Shown here piece after piece: positions 1-9,002 of a DNA stretch of 32,000 bases. The first letter of the stretch is position 1. The number at the start of each line of letters is the position of its first letter. The translations under genes were made by a program, and so were the position numbers. The notes under the pieces are model-generated. The model worked only from the letters and a program-made list of their open reading frames with translations. It was not told the origin of the DNA and made no database searches. The DNA is from Chlamydiota bacterium (lineage in GTDB: Bacteria; Auribacterota; JACPWU01): NCBI GenBank assembly GCA_016196885.1, contig JACPWU010000002.1, forward strand, positions 30,001 through 62,000, read 5' to 3'.

Positions 1-52
1 GGTTGTTTATTACAGTGGGTGTTAAGCAAGAAAAGCTTTCAGCACTCAAGAG

Positions 53-90
53 GCGCCTGGGATTTCGTTCAGAATCCCGGGCGCTTTTTT
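53..90 (+). terminator. Rho-independent terminator of a gene ending upstream of the window
   Basis: GCGCCTGGGATT / AATCCCGGGCGC forms a 12-bp stem (one G-T pair) with an 8-nt loop, followed by T6 at 85-90. Confidence 0.65.
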
Positions 91-99
91 ATTCTTCCA

Positions 100-128
100 T
101 TGACCGGGGGATATTCATTTGATTAAAT
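100..128 (+). promoter_or_regulatory. sigma70-like promoter for hpnH
   Basis: TTGACC (100-105), 17-nt spacer, TTAAAT (123-128), about 35 nt upstream of the hpnH start. Confidence 0.4.
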
Positions 129-163
129 GACCCTGATCTATATCATAAATCATAAAGAGGCGT

Positions 164-1189
164 ATGTCTGTACCGATTCGTCAAGTTTTGAAGGTAGGTT
201 CTTATGTTTTTCGCCAGCGCTTGAAAAAAAATAAGCGCTATCCTCTGGTCTTGATGTTGGAACCTCTTTTTCGTTGTAATCTCGCCTGCCCGGGCTGCGG
301 TAAAATTCAATACCCGACAGACATTTTAAGAAGGCATCTTTCCCCTGAGCAATGTTTTAAGGCAGTGGAAGAATGTGGGGCGCCCGTGATTTCTGTTGCT
401 GGAGGAGAGCCTTTACTGCATCCGCAAATTGAGGAAATTGTGAGTGGCCTGATTGGGCGCAAGAAATTTATTTATCTTTGTACCAATGCCATTTTGCTTG
501 AAAGGAATTTACATAAATTTAAGCCGTCGGTTTATTTGACCTTGAGTATTCACATGGATGGCCTAGAAGAATTGCATGACAAGGCTGTGGATCGCCGAGG
601 GGTTTTTAGAGAGGCCGTAGGTGCGATTCAAAAGGCGAAGGAGTTGGGGTTTCGCGTGACTACCAACACCACCGTTTTTGATGGGGTGAATCCTCAAGAG
701 ATGATAGATCTTTTTGATGGTCTGACAGATTTAGGAGTAGACGGGATGATGGTGTCTCCCGGGTATGCGTATGAGAAAGCACCCGATCAAGAGCATTTTC
801 TGAAGCGAAACAAGACGAAGACCCTTTTCTCCAAAATTTTAGGTGAGGATGGAAAGGGCAAAAAGAGGTGGAGATTTAATCATTCTCCTTTGTATCTGGA
901 ATTTTTGACAGGGCAGCATGATTATGATTGTACCCCTTGGGGCAATCCCAATTACAGCGTCTTAGGGTGGCAGCGTCCTTGTTATCTGATGGCGGAAGGG
1001 GGGCATGTTGAAAGTTTTAAAGAGTTAATAGAGGGGACCGATTGGTCCGGCTATGGATGTAAAAGTGGCAACCCCAAATGCCAAGATTGTATGGTTCACT
1101 CCGGTTATGAGCCCACTGCGGTCAATGATTCCATGACCAGTGTTTCTAAAGCGCTGAAGTCTTTGGCGGGTGCTTTGGGGATTCGGTAA
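164..1189 (+). CDS. hpnH: Hopanoid biosynthesis radical-SAM protein HpnH (adenosylhopane synthase)
   Basis: 341-aa ORF. The N-terminal [25 protein letters not shown] carries a CxxxCxxC radical-SAM motif and matches the HpnH family as I know it. AAGAGG RBS upstream. Confidence 0.85.
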   Translation: MSVPIRQVLKVGSYVFRQRLKKNKRYPLVLMLEPLFRCNLACPGCGKIQYPTDILRRHLSPEQCFKAVEECGAPVISVAGGEPLLHPQIEEIVSGLIGRKKFIYLCTNAILLERNLHKFKPSVYLTLSIHMDGLEELHDKAVDRRGVFREAVGAIQKAKELGFRVTTNTTVFDGVNPQEMIDLFDGLTDLGVDGMMVSPGYAYEKAPDQEHFLKRNKTKTLFSKILGEDGKGKKRWRFNHSPLYLEFLTGQHDYDCTPWGNPNYSVLGWQRPCYLMAEGGHVESFKELIEGTDWSGYGCKSGNPKCQDCMVHSGYEPTAVNDSMTSVSKALKSLAGALGIR

Positions 1190-1196
1190 AAGATGG

Positions 1197-1261
1197 CGTA
1201 CAGCGTGCAGAAAACAAACCTTCCTTTTTTACTGTCCGCTCCGCGCTGAACGCTATACGCT
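1197..1261. repeat. Heptamer-repeat inverted array, AGCGNNC / CTNNACG family
   Basis: Left arm gcgtacagcgtgcag. Right arm ctgtccg ctccgcg ctgaacg ctatacg ct has a 7-nt period. The arms are partly complementary (gcgtacagcg vs cgctgaacgc, 9/10). Starts 8 nt after the hpnH stop. Confidence 0.6.
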
Positions 1262-1433
1262 TCTTTTCAACTTTTTCTCAAGAAAAACGCACAGTTTTGT
1301 ACGAAATTTGCATGAGAACCCTTCAAGCAAAATAAATTGTATTAAATTCAAAAATATTTTTTTACCTCTTCTATCTCAATCGTGTCTATCTCAATGGGTA
1401 GATGGTGTAACGAGCAAGCCTCAGGAGGCAGTG

Positions 1434-1640
1434 ATGAAACCATTAAAAGTTTCACAACATGCTGAAGGTGAGGTTATTGCGTATTCTAAAGCCTGTCCGG
1501 ATTCTTCCTCTCTTCAGGATCAACTTCATCTCGAAAATCTTCGGTTTTTGAAATCTGAGGGTATTCTTTCTAAACATGATCTTTTGGATCTTTCTGTCGT
1601 CATTCTGCGGACAAATTCAGAAGAATTTAAAAAAGTTTAG
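1434..1640 (+). CDS. Hypothetical small protein (68 aa) upstream of the ECF sigma factor
   Basis: AGGAGG RBS (1423-1428) lies 5 nt before the ATG. The longer 1170..1640 ORF in the track runs through the repeat hairpin and an AT-rich spacer, so only this internal start is plausible. No recognisable domain. Confidence 0.4.
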   Translation: MKPLKVSQHAEGEVIAYSKACPDSSSLQDQLHLENLRFLKSEGILSKHDLLDLSVVILRTNSEEFKKV

Positions 1641-1681
1641 TTAAAATTTGCCGGGGCGCGTTTTTTAGAAGGGGGCGAGAC

Positions 1682-2245
1682 ATGGAAGACTCACCGCGAG
1701 ATCGGGAATTACTAAGGATTTTTCTCAAAGGAGGCGAAACGGGTTTCGATGAGTTGGTCTTGAAATATCGAAATCGTGTTTATAACACACTCTTCAGTCT
1801 TTTACGGAGTCGGGACTTGGCATGGGAAGGGGCGCAAGATGTTTTTTTAAAGGTGTATCGCGAGCTAAAAGATCGAGAGGACGAATCCATTTTGGTGAAG
1901 GCATGGGTTTTTAGGATCACGTTAGATGAGGGCTTTGATCTTTTGAAAAGGGTTAGCAAACAGGTGAAAGTGGCTTTTGGCACAGGTGAAATGTTGGAGG
2001 CTGTCAACGGTTCGAAAGAATTAATTTTCTGGGATGAAGGTGAAGAATGGGATCGCGACCAGTTTAGTCAAGCTTTGGGGAAGCTTTCTAAACTCCAAAA
2101 GGCGATTGTGGTCCTAAGACATTTCAGTGGGCTTTCTTTTGGAGAGGTTGCAGAGGTGCTGGCTCGAGACGAGGAGTCTGTGAAGGCCAATCATTATGAT
2201 GCAGTTTCTCGCTTGAGGGAGATTTTGAAAAATGAAAGCACATAG
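1682..2245 (+). CDS. ECF-type RNA polymerase sigma-70 family factor
   Basis: 187 aa. Region-2-like FDELVLKYRNRVYNTLFSLL...AQDVFLKVY and region-4 HTH LQKAIVVLRHFSGLSFGEVAEVLARDEESVKANHYDAVSRLR. AGGGGG RBS. Confidence 0.8.
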   Translation: MEDSPRDRELLRIFLKGGETGFDELVLKYRNRVYNTLFSLLRSRDLAWEGAQDVFLKVYRELKDREDESILVKAWVFRITLDEGFDLLKRVSKQVKVAFGTGEMLEAVNGSKELIFWDEGEEWDRDQFSQALGKLSKLQKAIVVLRHFSGLSFGEVAEVLARDEESVKANHYDAVSRLREILKNEST

Positions 2246-3377
2246 TCTCGCACACAAATGGGATGATGAGGGGTGGAAAAATCCTAGAGGGGGGCCTTCT
2301 CATGTTCATGAGTCCGGGAAGAATTGTGAAATTTGCACTTCCGAATACCAGGCAAATCTTCAACTTGCGGATCAATTGAACAAGCGGGGCATTCATCAGG
2401 TGCGTTTCGGGAATGATCCGAACGATCCTTTCATGCTTACGCTTCGCAGGAGAATCAATCAGGAAGTTCGAAGCGGTCAGAAAAAGCAATTGGCCTTGTG
2501 GATGCTTTTGGGAAAGGTGGAGGCAGCTGTCATTGGCCTTTTAATGGTAGGTCAGGTTTTGGCCTTGCAGAGCAGTCGGGCCGACCAGGCACGAATTGAT
2601 TTTCTTTTGGGCAGGCAAACGATTTTAGAAAAAACCATCTCCTATTTGAAAGAACAAGTCTCCGTCGCCTCTACTACACTTTCTCAGACGATCGTTTCAA
2701 AAAGTGTAGTCGTTGAGGAAGGTGGAGTTGAAGAGTCGGATGAAGGAAAGGGGGAAGTACCTCCAGAGGTACGTTCTTCATCGCAGGAGGAAATCAAGTT
2801 GAATCCAATTCGAAAAGATATTCCACCCTTAAGATCGCCGCAGGTTTTAAAATCATCTTCATTCAATTTTATTTCTGATTTAAAAGGAAACCCTGTGATG
2901 CGTGTAGATTCTTTCAAGCCGGAGTTCATCAAGGATTTGAAAATGGGTTTGGGAAAAGACTTCAAATCTTTTATCCAGGACTCTATTTTTCCCATTGAAA
3001 ACGTCGAAAATATTGAGAAAAACTTGAAGGTGCAAAATGCAAATTTAAGAGAAGGTCTTTCGAGGGAGAATGCCTCTTTGAGAAGTTCGTTGAATGTTCC
3101 ACAGCCGAGTGTGGACACTTCGAAAAGTGACTTTCGAACTTCTCAATCTCAAGCCTTACCTTCTGGAGGCAAGAAAAGTGAAAAGGATGGCCCTGCCGTT
3201 TCTCAAGTTCAGGATATTTCCAATATTCCTAGACCCCCCGGGTTGGCCAAGCCTGATTCAGGTGATGTACGTCAGTCGGTTCTGGAGTCCAATCCCTCTG
3301 ATAACCATCCTCGGTTGAATGAGTTAAAAGATAAGCTTTCTCCATCTCAAGGAACCTTAAAGGATCATCAATCCTGA
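2232..3377 (+). CDS. Putative membrane-anchored anti-sigma factor
   Basis: Overlaps the sigma gene by 14 nt. N-terminal His...CxxC (HVHESGKNCEIC, not a canonical HxxxCxxC). One TM helix (LALWMLLGKVEAAVIGLLMVGQVLAL). Ser/Pro-rich extracytoplasmic tail. The function is inferred from position. Confidence 0.5.
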   Translation: MKAHSLAHKWDDEGWKNPRGGPSHVHESGKNCEICTSEYQANLQLADQLNKRGIHQVRFGNDPNDPFMLTLRRRINQEVRSGQKKQLALWMLLGKVEAAVIGLLMVGQVLALQSSRADQARIDFLLGRQTILEKTISYLKEQVSVASTTLSQTIVSKSVVVEEGGVEESDEGKGEVPPEVRSSSQEEIKLNPIRKDIPPLRSPQVLKSSSFNFISDLKGNPVMRVDSFKPEFIKDLKMGLGKDFKSFIQDSIFPIENVENIEKNLKVQNANLREGLSRENASLRSSLNVPQPSVDTSKSDFRTSQSQALPSGGKKSEKDGPAVSQVQDISNIPRPPGLAKPDSGDVRQSVLESNPSDNHPRLNELKDKLSPSQGTLKDHQS

Positions 3378-3462
3378 TCTTTTTTTTCTTCCTTTTTTAT
3401 TTCATCTTTCCCCTTAAATCAGTTAGAATGCCCCCTTTAGTTCAAAAGGGAAAGGGGTTAGA

Positions 3463-5673
3463 ATGATGAAAATTTTATTTCGTATCTTGGTGGCTTTTTC
3501 CATTTTACTCATTGGGCTTTTTGTGACCGCCCAAGTGATTGTTAATCGTCCGTTCTTCCGTGAGAAAATCACACATGTCATTGCTGAGAAATTAAACCGA
3601 GAGGTGACTCTTTCAGGTTTAGGTTTGAGCTTTTTCCCCAACTTGGGATTGAATCTGAAGGGATTTACCATTCAAGAGAAGGACGGAAAAAGTTCCTTTC
3701 TCAGTTTAGAAAATCTTCAGATCCAGGCTAAAATCCTTCCCCTTCTCAAGAAAAAAGTGGTGGTCAGCGAGATTGTCCTCAGCACACCCAAGGTGAATGT
3801 GGTGAAAGATGCCCAGGGAAATTTTAATTTTTCGGATCTTGTATCAGCGTCATCCACTCCTCCTAAAGTTGCAGATGTTCCTTCTCCAGCAGTCAGTTCA
3901 GGAGGCGCTCCCAATCTTGACATTCATTCTATTCAGGTCAGCAGGGCTGAATTTTCCTATACCGATCATTCATCCGAGCCCTCTGGGGCTTTTAAAATCG
4001 CTGGTTTGGATGTTGACATTGAGCATTTTTCCCTGGATCAGCCGATCACGATAAAGCTTTCTTGTGATTTGGGAAGCCGTTCGAAATTTTCTGTGAAGGG
4101 CGAGGTAGGTCCCCTCAATGCAGGGATGGAAAAGGGAGAGGCCAACGTCGAAGTCGCTTTGGAAAATTTGAATTCCAGTGATTTATCTCTCTTTATGGGA
4201 AAGGGAAAAGAGGCTCTTCATTTTGAAGATCTTTCAATTCAGGGATCTTTGAAAGGGAGTTTGGCGAAAGGGATTGCGGGCGACTTGGCCCTTTCTCTCA
4301 AGCCTTCATCGAGTCAGACCCTGGATTTGAAGGTTAAGCTTGAGGCAAACACTTTAGACGATGTGGTGATCCAAGAAATGAATCTCAAGACGGGCGCTTC
4401 AGATTTATCACTTCATGGACAATTTCAAAATTTTTTCTCCGCTCTGAACAAATCTGAAAAGCTTCCCAAATTTCAGTTAGATCTTTCTTCTTCACAATTA
4501 AATGCAGATGACTTTGCTTTTGCAAAAGGGGCCTCCACAGAGTCTCAAGCCCCTCAGCCTTCAGCCCCTTCTGTTCAGGCCTCTACATCCGTGTCACAAA
4601 AGGGACTTGAAAATCCTCTTCGGACCCACAGCCTCTTTCAAAACACGCAAGGGTCTTTTTCGGCACAATTGAAAAAGGTGAAGGTTCAGGGGAATGAATT
4701 CAATGATATTCAAGTGAAGGCCCGATTGCAGGGGGGTATCCTTTCTATTGAAACGGCTGAGCTACAAGCCTATGACGGGAAGGTGAAGAGCGCTGGAGAA
4801 GTCAATTTCCAGGCTCAAAAAATAGGATATGATTTGAATTTTGATGTACAGGGTGTCGAGCTGGCAAAGGTTTCTTCTGCAAATACAGGTGAGGAAAAGA
4901 TCGAAGGAACTTTGATGGGGCATGGCGCCTTTAAGGCAGTGGGGTATGCCCGACCTGATTTGGAAAGAAATTTATCTGGGAATGCGCTTCTAGAGGTAAA
5001 GGAGGGAAAGATTTTGGGAAACGATATCAAATCTGAAGTTTTGATGAAAATGGACAATCCTATTCTGATGCAATTTTTGCCGGGACTCTCTGCCATGCGT
5101 GATGAGGCTCAGCAATCTCCCAAGAAGGAAACTCCTTTTCATGATTTTGCCGTAGATTTGGTTGTGGCCAATGGCAAGGCCCATCTTCAAAAAATGACGC
5201 TCCATACAGAGGATTTTCGTTTCAGGGCCAATGGCGTTGTGGATTTTGCATTGCAAGCGAATTTAGAAGCCCATGTGGTTTTTTCAAAAGAATTAACCGA
5301 GAAAATGACGCGGGGGCAGGATCTTTCCAATAAGCTTCCTTATGAAGACGGAGGGCTTCATATTCCAGTGAAAATCACAGGTCCTCTCACCAAACCTCGG
5401 GTGATGCCCGATTTGGCCACCCTTATTTCTGCTTTGACCCGTGGACAGCTTTCTGATAAGGTAGGGGGCCTTTTAGGAGGTCAAAAAGGGGGGAGTAACC
5501 CTTTAGGCCAGATTTTGGGAGGTCAAAAATCCAGCAGTTCCGGGACATCTTCTAACTCAGGTTCTTCCAATACGTTAGGTAAAATTTTTGGAGGAGGAAG
5601 CCAAGATCAAGGGGGTTCTGAAGGGGGAGAAGAGAATAATAGCTCTAGTAAGTTGCCTTTCAAGTTATTTTAA
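3463..5673 (+). CDS. AsmA-family outer-membrane biogenesis protein
   Basis: 736 aa. N-terminal anchor plus AsmA-like ITHVIAEKLNREVTLSGLGLSFFPNLGLNLKGFTIQEKDG. Long beta-rich body with a Gly/Ser-rich tail. AAGGGG RBS. Confidence 0.7.
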   Translation: MMKILFRILVAFSILLIGLFVTAQVIVNRPFFREKITHVIAEKLNREVTLSGLGLSFFPNLGLNLKGFTIQEKDGKSSFLSLENLQIQAKILPLLKKKVVVSEIVLSTPKVNVVKDAQGNFNFSDLVSASSTPPKVADVPSPAVSSGGAPNLDIHSIQVSRAEFSYTDHSSEPSGAFKIAGLDVDIEHFSLDQPITIKLSCDLGSRSKFSVKGEVGPLNAGMEKGEANVEVALENLNSSDLSLFMGKGKEALHFEDLSIQGSLKGSLAKGIAGDLALSLKPSSSQTLDLKVKLEANTLDDVVIQEMNLKTGASDLSLHGQFQNFFSALNKSEKLPKFQLDLSSSQLNADDFAFAKGASTESQAPQPSAPSVQASTSVSQKGLENPLRTHSLFQNTQGSFSAQLKKVKVQGNEFNDIQVKARLQGGILSIETAELQAYDGKVKSAGEVNFQAQKIGYDLNFDVQGVELAKVSSANTGEEKIEGTLMGHGAFKAVGYARPDLERNLSGNALLEVKEGKILGNDIKSEVLMKMDNPILMQFLPGLSAMRDEAQQSPKKETPFHDFAVDLVVANGKAHLQKMTLHTEDFRFRANGVVDFALQANLEAHVVFSKELTEKMTRGQDLSNKLPYEDGGLHIPVKITGPLTKPRVMPDLATLISALTRGQLSDKVGGLLGGQKGGSNPLGQILGGQKSSSSGTSSNSGSSNTLGKIFGGGSQDQGGSEGGEENNSSSKLPFKLF

Positions 5674-5778
5674 CTCATTCTTGTAAAGGAAGTTATAAAT
5701 TTTTAACTTTTTTTTAACCCTTTTTGGCCTTTGAGGTGTCTCTTATATTAGGGGGGGACCTTTGGAAGGAGGTTCTGA

Positions 5779-6216
5779 ATGCAGTTTTTAAGACGGTTTT
5801 TTCAGGGTCTTTTGGCTTTCCTTTTGCTTTCGTCTTGGGCTTTGGCAGGCAATACCAATCTGAGCTTTGGGAGAAACAGTGCCGAGAGCCAGATGAGCAG
5901 CCCTGGTTTTGGTAAACTCAGTCTTCTGATTCAAGCATTTCTGGAAAGTTCTTTTGGAGATAAAATAGATCCTGATTCTCGTAAAAGGATGGGGGATCTT
6001 TTTGAATCTGAAGCCATTGAGATGAGGCTCTACAGAGATATTGTTCTCAATGAGCTGGATCTTTTTAAGAGTCGGGAAGAGCGATTGAAGAAAAGATATG
6101 TTTTATGTAAGAAGGTTCTTATTTCTTTGTGGAAAAAATCTCATCAAGATCCTAGAATGAGAAAGTTGTTTAATCTTCTCAGGGATTCGAGGGATGAGAC
6201 AAAACAAGCGTTTTAA
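5779..6216 (+). CDS. Hypothetical secreted protein
   Basis: AAGGAGG RBS. Signal-peptide-like N-terminus (LLAFLLLSSWALAG). No recognisable domain. Confidence 0.55.
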   Translation: MQFLRRFFQGLLAFLLLSSWALAGNTNLSFGRNSAESQMSSPGFGKLSLLIQAFLESSFGDKIDPDSRKRMGDLFESEAIEMRLYRDIVLNELDLFKSREERLKKRYVLCKKVLISLWKKSHQDPRMRKLFNLLRDSRDETKQAF

Positions 6217-7318
6217 TTTTTTTCAACTCTGGATTTTTTTCTTTTTCATTCTCTTCCTCGGGTCGCATTTCTTTTCTTTTGCTTCTGAAACTCGAGGTCG
6301 GTCCTATCGCTATTACATCGTTCAGAAAGGCGATACCCTTTCTTCTATCGGCCGAAGATTTCAGGTGAGTGTTCAAGATCTTGTCTCGGCCAATCATCTT
6401 CGAAATCAAAATCGCATTCGCGCGGGGCAGGCTTTGTTGATTCCTGCAGGACAAACCTCGTTTGTTCTTCCCAGAGAGGAGAAGACCTTGTCTATAAAAG
6501 AGTCTCCTTCCGAGATGAAACCAGAAGTGCCTGAAACCCTTGTGAAACCTCCCCCAGAGGGACCAAAACCTGAAGAGACATGGGTGGAGGCGCCTCCCGT
6601 TTTAGCTCAGGATGAAGAGGGTGTCGTGCGAAAAGAATCTCCTCCCATTGAAATGATTTCTGATGAAGAAGAAAATTCTTCTGTGAGTCGCCGATATTTT
6701 GGCGTGGGCTTTGGCTGGTGGTTTGGTTTCATAGATGCGAAGGCCCAAATTTCTGTGGAGGGCCTGACGGGCACCGAAATTGATTTGGAAGATGATTTGG
6801 GTGTGGATGATTCGGTAGGGCTTCCGGTGGTCAATGTATGGCTTGCCCCTTTCTCCTGGCTTCGCCTTCAGGGGGAGTACATGAATTTGAGCGTGGAGGG
6901 ACAGGCAGATATTGATCGGGATATTGTTTTTAATGGGATCACCTATCATATTTCAGATCATGTCAGTGGGGAAGTAGATGTAGATCGCTTCAGTGGTTGG
7001 GTGGAGCTCAATCCTTTGAATGGCTCCTGGGGGTATTTGGGCGTCATGATCGGTGGGGAATATGTTCGATTGGATGCAGCGCTTTCTTCCGAATGGGTAG
7101 GAGAGACCCGTGCCAGTTTAGATGCAGGGACCGTCACTTTGGGTGCACAGGGGAGTTTAAATTTGACAGATCATTTTGAGTTACATGGCCGCTTGAGAGG
7201 GATGAAGTTTGAAATAAGGGATATTGATATTGCCGTTTTTGATTTAGGGGGGGGGGCTTTCTTATACCTTTTTAGATCATTTTCAATTGTCACTGGATTA
7301 TCGCTATCTCACCTTTGA
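6194..7318 (+). CDS. LysM-domain protein with C-terminal beta-barrel region, apparently truncated by a frameshift in a G10 tract
   Basis: Signal peptide, LysM motif (YIVQKGDTLSSIGRRFQVSVQDLVSANHLRNQNRIRAGQALLIP), Pro/Glu linker, then a beta-strand-rich domain. After G10 (7247-7256) the reading frame gives a non-OMP-like tail. The +1 frame continues to 7391 and ends ...LTLQGPVLSTLVKF. Confidence 0.75.
   Translation: MRQNKRFNFFQLWIFFFFILFLGSHFFSFASETRGRSYRYYIVQKGDTLSSIGRRFQVSVQDLVSANHLRNQNRIRAGQALLIPAGQTSFVLPREEKTLSIKESPSEMKPEVPETLVKPPPEGPKPEETWVEAPPVLAQDEEGVVRKESPPIEMISDEEENSSVSRRYFGVGFGWWFGFIDAKAQISVEGLTGTEIDLEDDLGVDDSVGLPVVNVWLAPFSWLRLQGEYMNLSVEGQADIDRDIVFNGITYHISDHVSGEVDVDRFSGWVELNPLNGSWGYLGVMIGGEYVRLDAALSSEWVGETRASLDAGTVTLGAQGSLNLTDHFELHGRLRGMKFEIRDIDIAVFDLGGGAFLYLFRSFSIVTGLSLSHL
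7247..7256 (+). repeat. G10 homopolymer inside the LysM/beta-barrel gene
   Basis: Counted directly: gatttaGGGGGGGGGGcttt. Confidence 0.95.
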
Positions 7319-7412
7319 TTTGGCAGAAAAAGAGGACTCAGGCGATTTGACTTTGCAAGGGCCAGTACTCAGTACACTTGTGAAGTTTTGATTTTCGTTA
7401 TTCAGAAAGGTT

Positions 7413-7442
7413 TTGACAAGCTTGAGATGAAAAGGCTACGAT
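7413..7442 (+). promoter_or_regulatory. sigma70-like promoter for the small zinc-ribbon gene
   Basis: TTGACA (7413-7418), 18-nt spacer, TACGAT (7437-7442). Confidence 0.35.
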
Positions 7443-7506
7443 TTGGGTGTTGATTTAGTTTTTTAGGTCAAGGTGTGTGAGGTTCTTAAAAAAGGGAGGC
7501 TATTTC

Positions 7507-7653
7507 ATGGAAGGCTATTGTGTAAAATGCAAGGCGAAGAGAGAAATGACCCAGACAAAAGAAGTTGAGATGAAGAATGGAAAAAGGGCCATGCAGGGGA
7601 AATGCCCTACCTGCGGTACAGGCATGTTTAAGATTTTAGGGGGAAAGAAATAA
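7507..7653 (+). CDS. Small zinc-ribbon protein, DUF5679-like (48 aa)
   Basis: Absent from the ORF track because it is under 60 aa. Sequence MEGYCVKCKAKREMTQTKEVEMKNGKRAMQGKCPTCGTGMFKILGGKK has two CxxC pairs. GGGAGG RBS. A strong terminator follows. Confidence 0.7.
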   Translation: MEGYCVKCKAKREMTQTKEVEMKNGKRAMQGKCPTCGTGMFKILGGKK

Positions 7654-7677
7654 TTTTAAGAGTTTTGTTTAAAATTT

Positions 7678-7713
7678 AACAAGCAGCTTGTCCATCAAGC
7701 TGCTTGTTTTTTT
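7678..7713 (+). terminator. Rho-independent terminator
   Basis: AACAAGCAGCTTG / CAAGCTGCTTGTT forms a perfect 13-bp stem with a 5-nt loop, followed by a T-run. Confidence 0.85.
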
Positions 7714-7740
7714 ATTTAGTCTTCCTTCTCATTTGTTTTT

Positions 7741-7749
7741 TGATATAAT
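7741..7749 (+). promoter_or_regulatory. Extended -10 promoter element (TGATATAAT) for the NDK-like gene
   Basis: TGnTATAAT match lies 39 nt upstream of the ATG at 7788. Confidence 0.4.
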
Positions 7750-7787
7750 CCGTGCCCTGTAAACTTTGAGAGAAAGTGGTGTGAATT

Positions 7788-9002
7788 ATGGCGAAGGAAT
7801 TGGCTTACGTTTTAATCAATCCGTATACCATTTTGAAATCCAGAACGGGAGGGGTTATTGCCCGATTGCTCGGTCGGACAGATCAAGAGTTGATCGGGGT
7901 GAGGCTCTTCTCCCCCAGTCAGAGGTTGGTTCAGGAATACGCCGAGCTCATTCGGACTCAGGATGTGGAGGATGAAGTAGACATTCGAGATGGTAACAAA
8001 GAGGCGGTTCGGGATTTAGTCGCTCAATATGTGCTTGAAAATTATGGACCTGAACCGAGGACGGGACGGTGCCGGCGTGTTTTGATGCTTCTTTTTTATG
8101 GGGAAGATGCGGTTCATAAGTTGAGAGATGAGGTGGTGGGACATATTACCTCTCTTTCCATCAGTGGCGAAACCATCCGGGACACGTATGGTGATTGCGT
8201 CTTGGATAAAAGTGGGAAGGTCCGATATTTTGAGCCGGCTGTTTTGGTGATCCCCAATCGAAAAGCGGCTCGAGAAAGTCTGGAGCTTTGGGCCAAATAT
8301 TCCGATCAAGAGGCTGGGATTTTAGAAGATGTGATCAAGTATCCCAAGGGGGTGAAGCCCGAAAAGGTTTTGGTGCTCATTAAGCCAGAGAATTTTCAGA
8401 GGCCGACCAGTCGCGTCGGAAATATCATTGATATGTTTTCGAAGACGGGGCTTTACATCATTGGAGCGAGAATTGTTCAGATGAGTGTAGCCCAGGCGAT
8501 GGAATTTTATGGTCCTGTGAAGAAGGTGCTTCAGGAGAAAATGAAACCGGCGGTGGCAGATCGTTTGAAAGCAGCCATGCTAGAAAAATTTGATTTTCCG
8601 ATGCCTGAGGGGGTGATTCAAAATGCGACTTCAGAGATTGCACCTCTTTTTGGCGCGCATGAATTTAATAAAATCATCAAATTTATGACAGGGAAAGATC
8701 CCACAGAGGTTTCTGAAAAGGAGCATGCACTTCAGGGTGAGCAAAAATGCCTCGCCTTGGTGTATCAAGGAAGAGATGCCGTTTCCAAGATTCGCGGCGT
8801 TTTGGGTCTCACGGATCCTAAGAAGGCGGCGCCGGCCACCGTTCGCCGAGAATATGGTCAGAATATTTTAGTGAATGCGGCTCATGCCTCTGATTCGGTG
8901 GAGAATGCCGAACGGGAGCTGAAGATTTTGGATATTGCAAAGAATGATATTCGGCCGATCATTCAAAACTTTTTTTCTCAAAAGGTGGAGAGTTTAAGAT
9001 GA
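7788..9002 (+). CDS. Two-domain nucleoside-diphosphate-kinase-like protein
   Basis: 404 aa. The C-terminal domain has NDK signatures (VLIKPENF..., RGVLGLTDPKKAAPATVRREYG, NAAHASDSVENAERELKIL, corresponding to NxxH[GA]SDS). The N-terminal half is NDK-like (AYVLINPYTILKSRTGGVIARLL) but lacks the catalytic His motif. Confidence 0.7.
   Translation: MAKELAYVLINPYTILKSRTGGVIARLLGRTDQELIGVRLFSPSQRLVQEYAELIRTQDVEDEVDIRDGNKEAVRDLVAQYVLENYGPEPRTGRCRRVLMLLFYGEDAVHKLRDEVVGHITSLSISGETIRDTYGDCVLDKSGKVRYFEPAVLVIPNRKAARESLELWAKYSDQEAGILEDVIKYPKGVKPEKVLVLIKPENFQRPTSRVGNIIDMFSKTGLYIIGARIVQMSVAQAMEFYGPVKKVLQEKMKPAVADRLKAAMLEKFDFPMPEGVIQNATSEIAPLFGAHEFNKIIKFMTGKDPTEVSEKEHALQGEQKCLALVYQGRDAVSKIRGVLGLTDPKKAAPATVRREYGQNILVNAAHASDSVENAERELKILDIAKNDIRPIIQNFFSQKVESLR

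Noticed and set aside
1170-1640. The 156-aa ORF in the track immediately after hpnH.
   Set aside because: Its first 88 codons run through the heptamer hairpin (1197-1261) and an AT-rich spacer with no RBS. Only the internal ATG at 1434 with an AGGAGG RBS is plausible.
2124-3118. Minus-strand ORFs 2124..2489 and 2684..3118, and other 60-140-aa antisense ORFs throughout the track.
   Set aside because: They lie fully inside better-supported genes on the opposite strand, lack an RBS, and have low-complexity or odd composition.
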